Position numbers and translations under genes: made by a program
Assembly (NCBI GenBank): GCA_016839765.1
Contig: JAEOTP010000052.1
Location: forward strand, 1-24,991
Reading direction: 5' to 3'
Source: Promethearchaeota archaeon
Lineage (GTDB): Archaea > Asgardarchaeota > Lokiarchaeia > Sigyniarchaeales > SOKP01
Length of the DNA: 24,991 bases
Notes under the pieces: model-generated
What the model was told of the DNA's origin: nothing
Seen by the model: the letters and a program-made list of their open reading frames with translations, nothing else
Database searches by the model: none
Part shown: piece by piece, positions 24,447 through 24,991 of the stretch
How positions within the stretch are numbered: position 1 is the stretch's first letter
How the letters are laid out: each line of letters opens with the position of its first letter

Positions 24447-24991
24447 ATGAATAAAAAGAATCCAGAAAAAGTTTGTCCTTCTTGTAATCAGGTTAATTCA
24501 ATCTCAAATCAATTTTGTATTGAATGTGGATTTAAATTCACTGATGTAGAATCTGGAAAATTTGAAATAATCGAACATTACAAAAGATCTCTAATCGGTA
24601 GTATTGTTTGTATAGCCATTTTTGTTGCATTTATGGTATTAGTAACAATTGCCGTTCCTTTTGAATATGGTGCATATGGTCTTATTGCAATTCCAATTAT
24701 TTGGCCATTAACGATTGGTTTCCTATTTTGGGCAAGACACTATTTACGAGGGTTGTCTAAACTTAGAAGATTTACAATTACTGATAAATATATCGAGATT
24801 AATGTACCTCATAAACCTCATTTTCGAATTAATTGGTCTGATTTTAATTCCATTGAAATAACAAAGAGAGAGTCAATGACAACATTACCAACTCCAGACG
24901 GGCTAATATTAGGTCCTCGATTTGTCTATTTCAAGTTGATTTTTAAAGGATCAAATTATGAGCAAAGCTATGAATTTGAATCAGGTAAAGA
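24447..24991 (+). CDS. Zinc-ribbon, 2-TM membrane protein (3' truncated by window edge)
   Basis: Not in ORF track: MNKKNPEKVCPSCNQVNSISNQFCIECGFKF, two hydrophobic segments, then RRFTITDKYIEINVPHKPHFRINWSDFNSIEI. The frame is open to the window end. Confidence 0.82.
   Translation, partial: MNKKNPEKVCPSCNQVNSISNQFCIECGFKFTDVESGKFEIIEHYKRSLIGSIVCIAIFVAFMVLVTIAVPFEYGAYGLIAIPIIWPLTIGFLFWARHYLRGLSKLRRFTITDKYIEINVPHKPHFRINWSDFNSIEITKRESMTTLPTPDGLILGPRFVYFKLIFKGSNYEQSYEFESGK

Overview
AT-rich chromosomal window, most likely from an Asgard archaeon of the Lokiarchaeia. This is inferred from a Rag-like small GTPase-roadblock fusion, longin-like proteins, Fwd genes, crotonase paralogs and archaeal SD motifs. 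In order it holds: a partial Nudix hydrolase; a membrane receptor-like protein (TM, 8-bladed beta-propeller, TM, TIR domain); acyl-CoA thioesterase; OsmC; a Cys-rich orphan; two tandem crotonases; an SDR; an orphan glycyl radical enzyme; the small GTPase; an unannotated 50-aa ORF; an MFS transporter; a DUF89 phosphatase; a longin-like protein; Mrp/Nbp35; a membrane-anchored arylsulfotransferase-like propeller; a decayed longin remnant; three NifX/IssA genes plus two ferredoxin-MinD ATPases; a divergent fwdG-B-D-A operon; and a partial Zn-ribbon membrane protein. No rRNA, tRNA, CRISPR array or mobile element was recognised. Top leads: (1) a Toll-like-receptor-style TIR protein with the catalytic Glu intact; (2) an intact Fwd-like complex whose key catalytic residues are substituted in both active sites; (3) a shared GAATAATTATTC palindrome ahead of osmC, mrp and the NifX/IssA operon; (4) several probable non-canonical start codons. 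All family calls rest on motifs recognised by eye; no searches were run.
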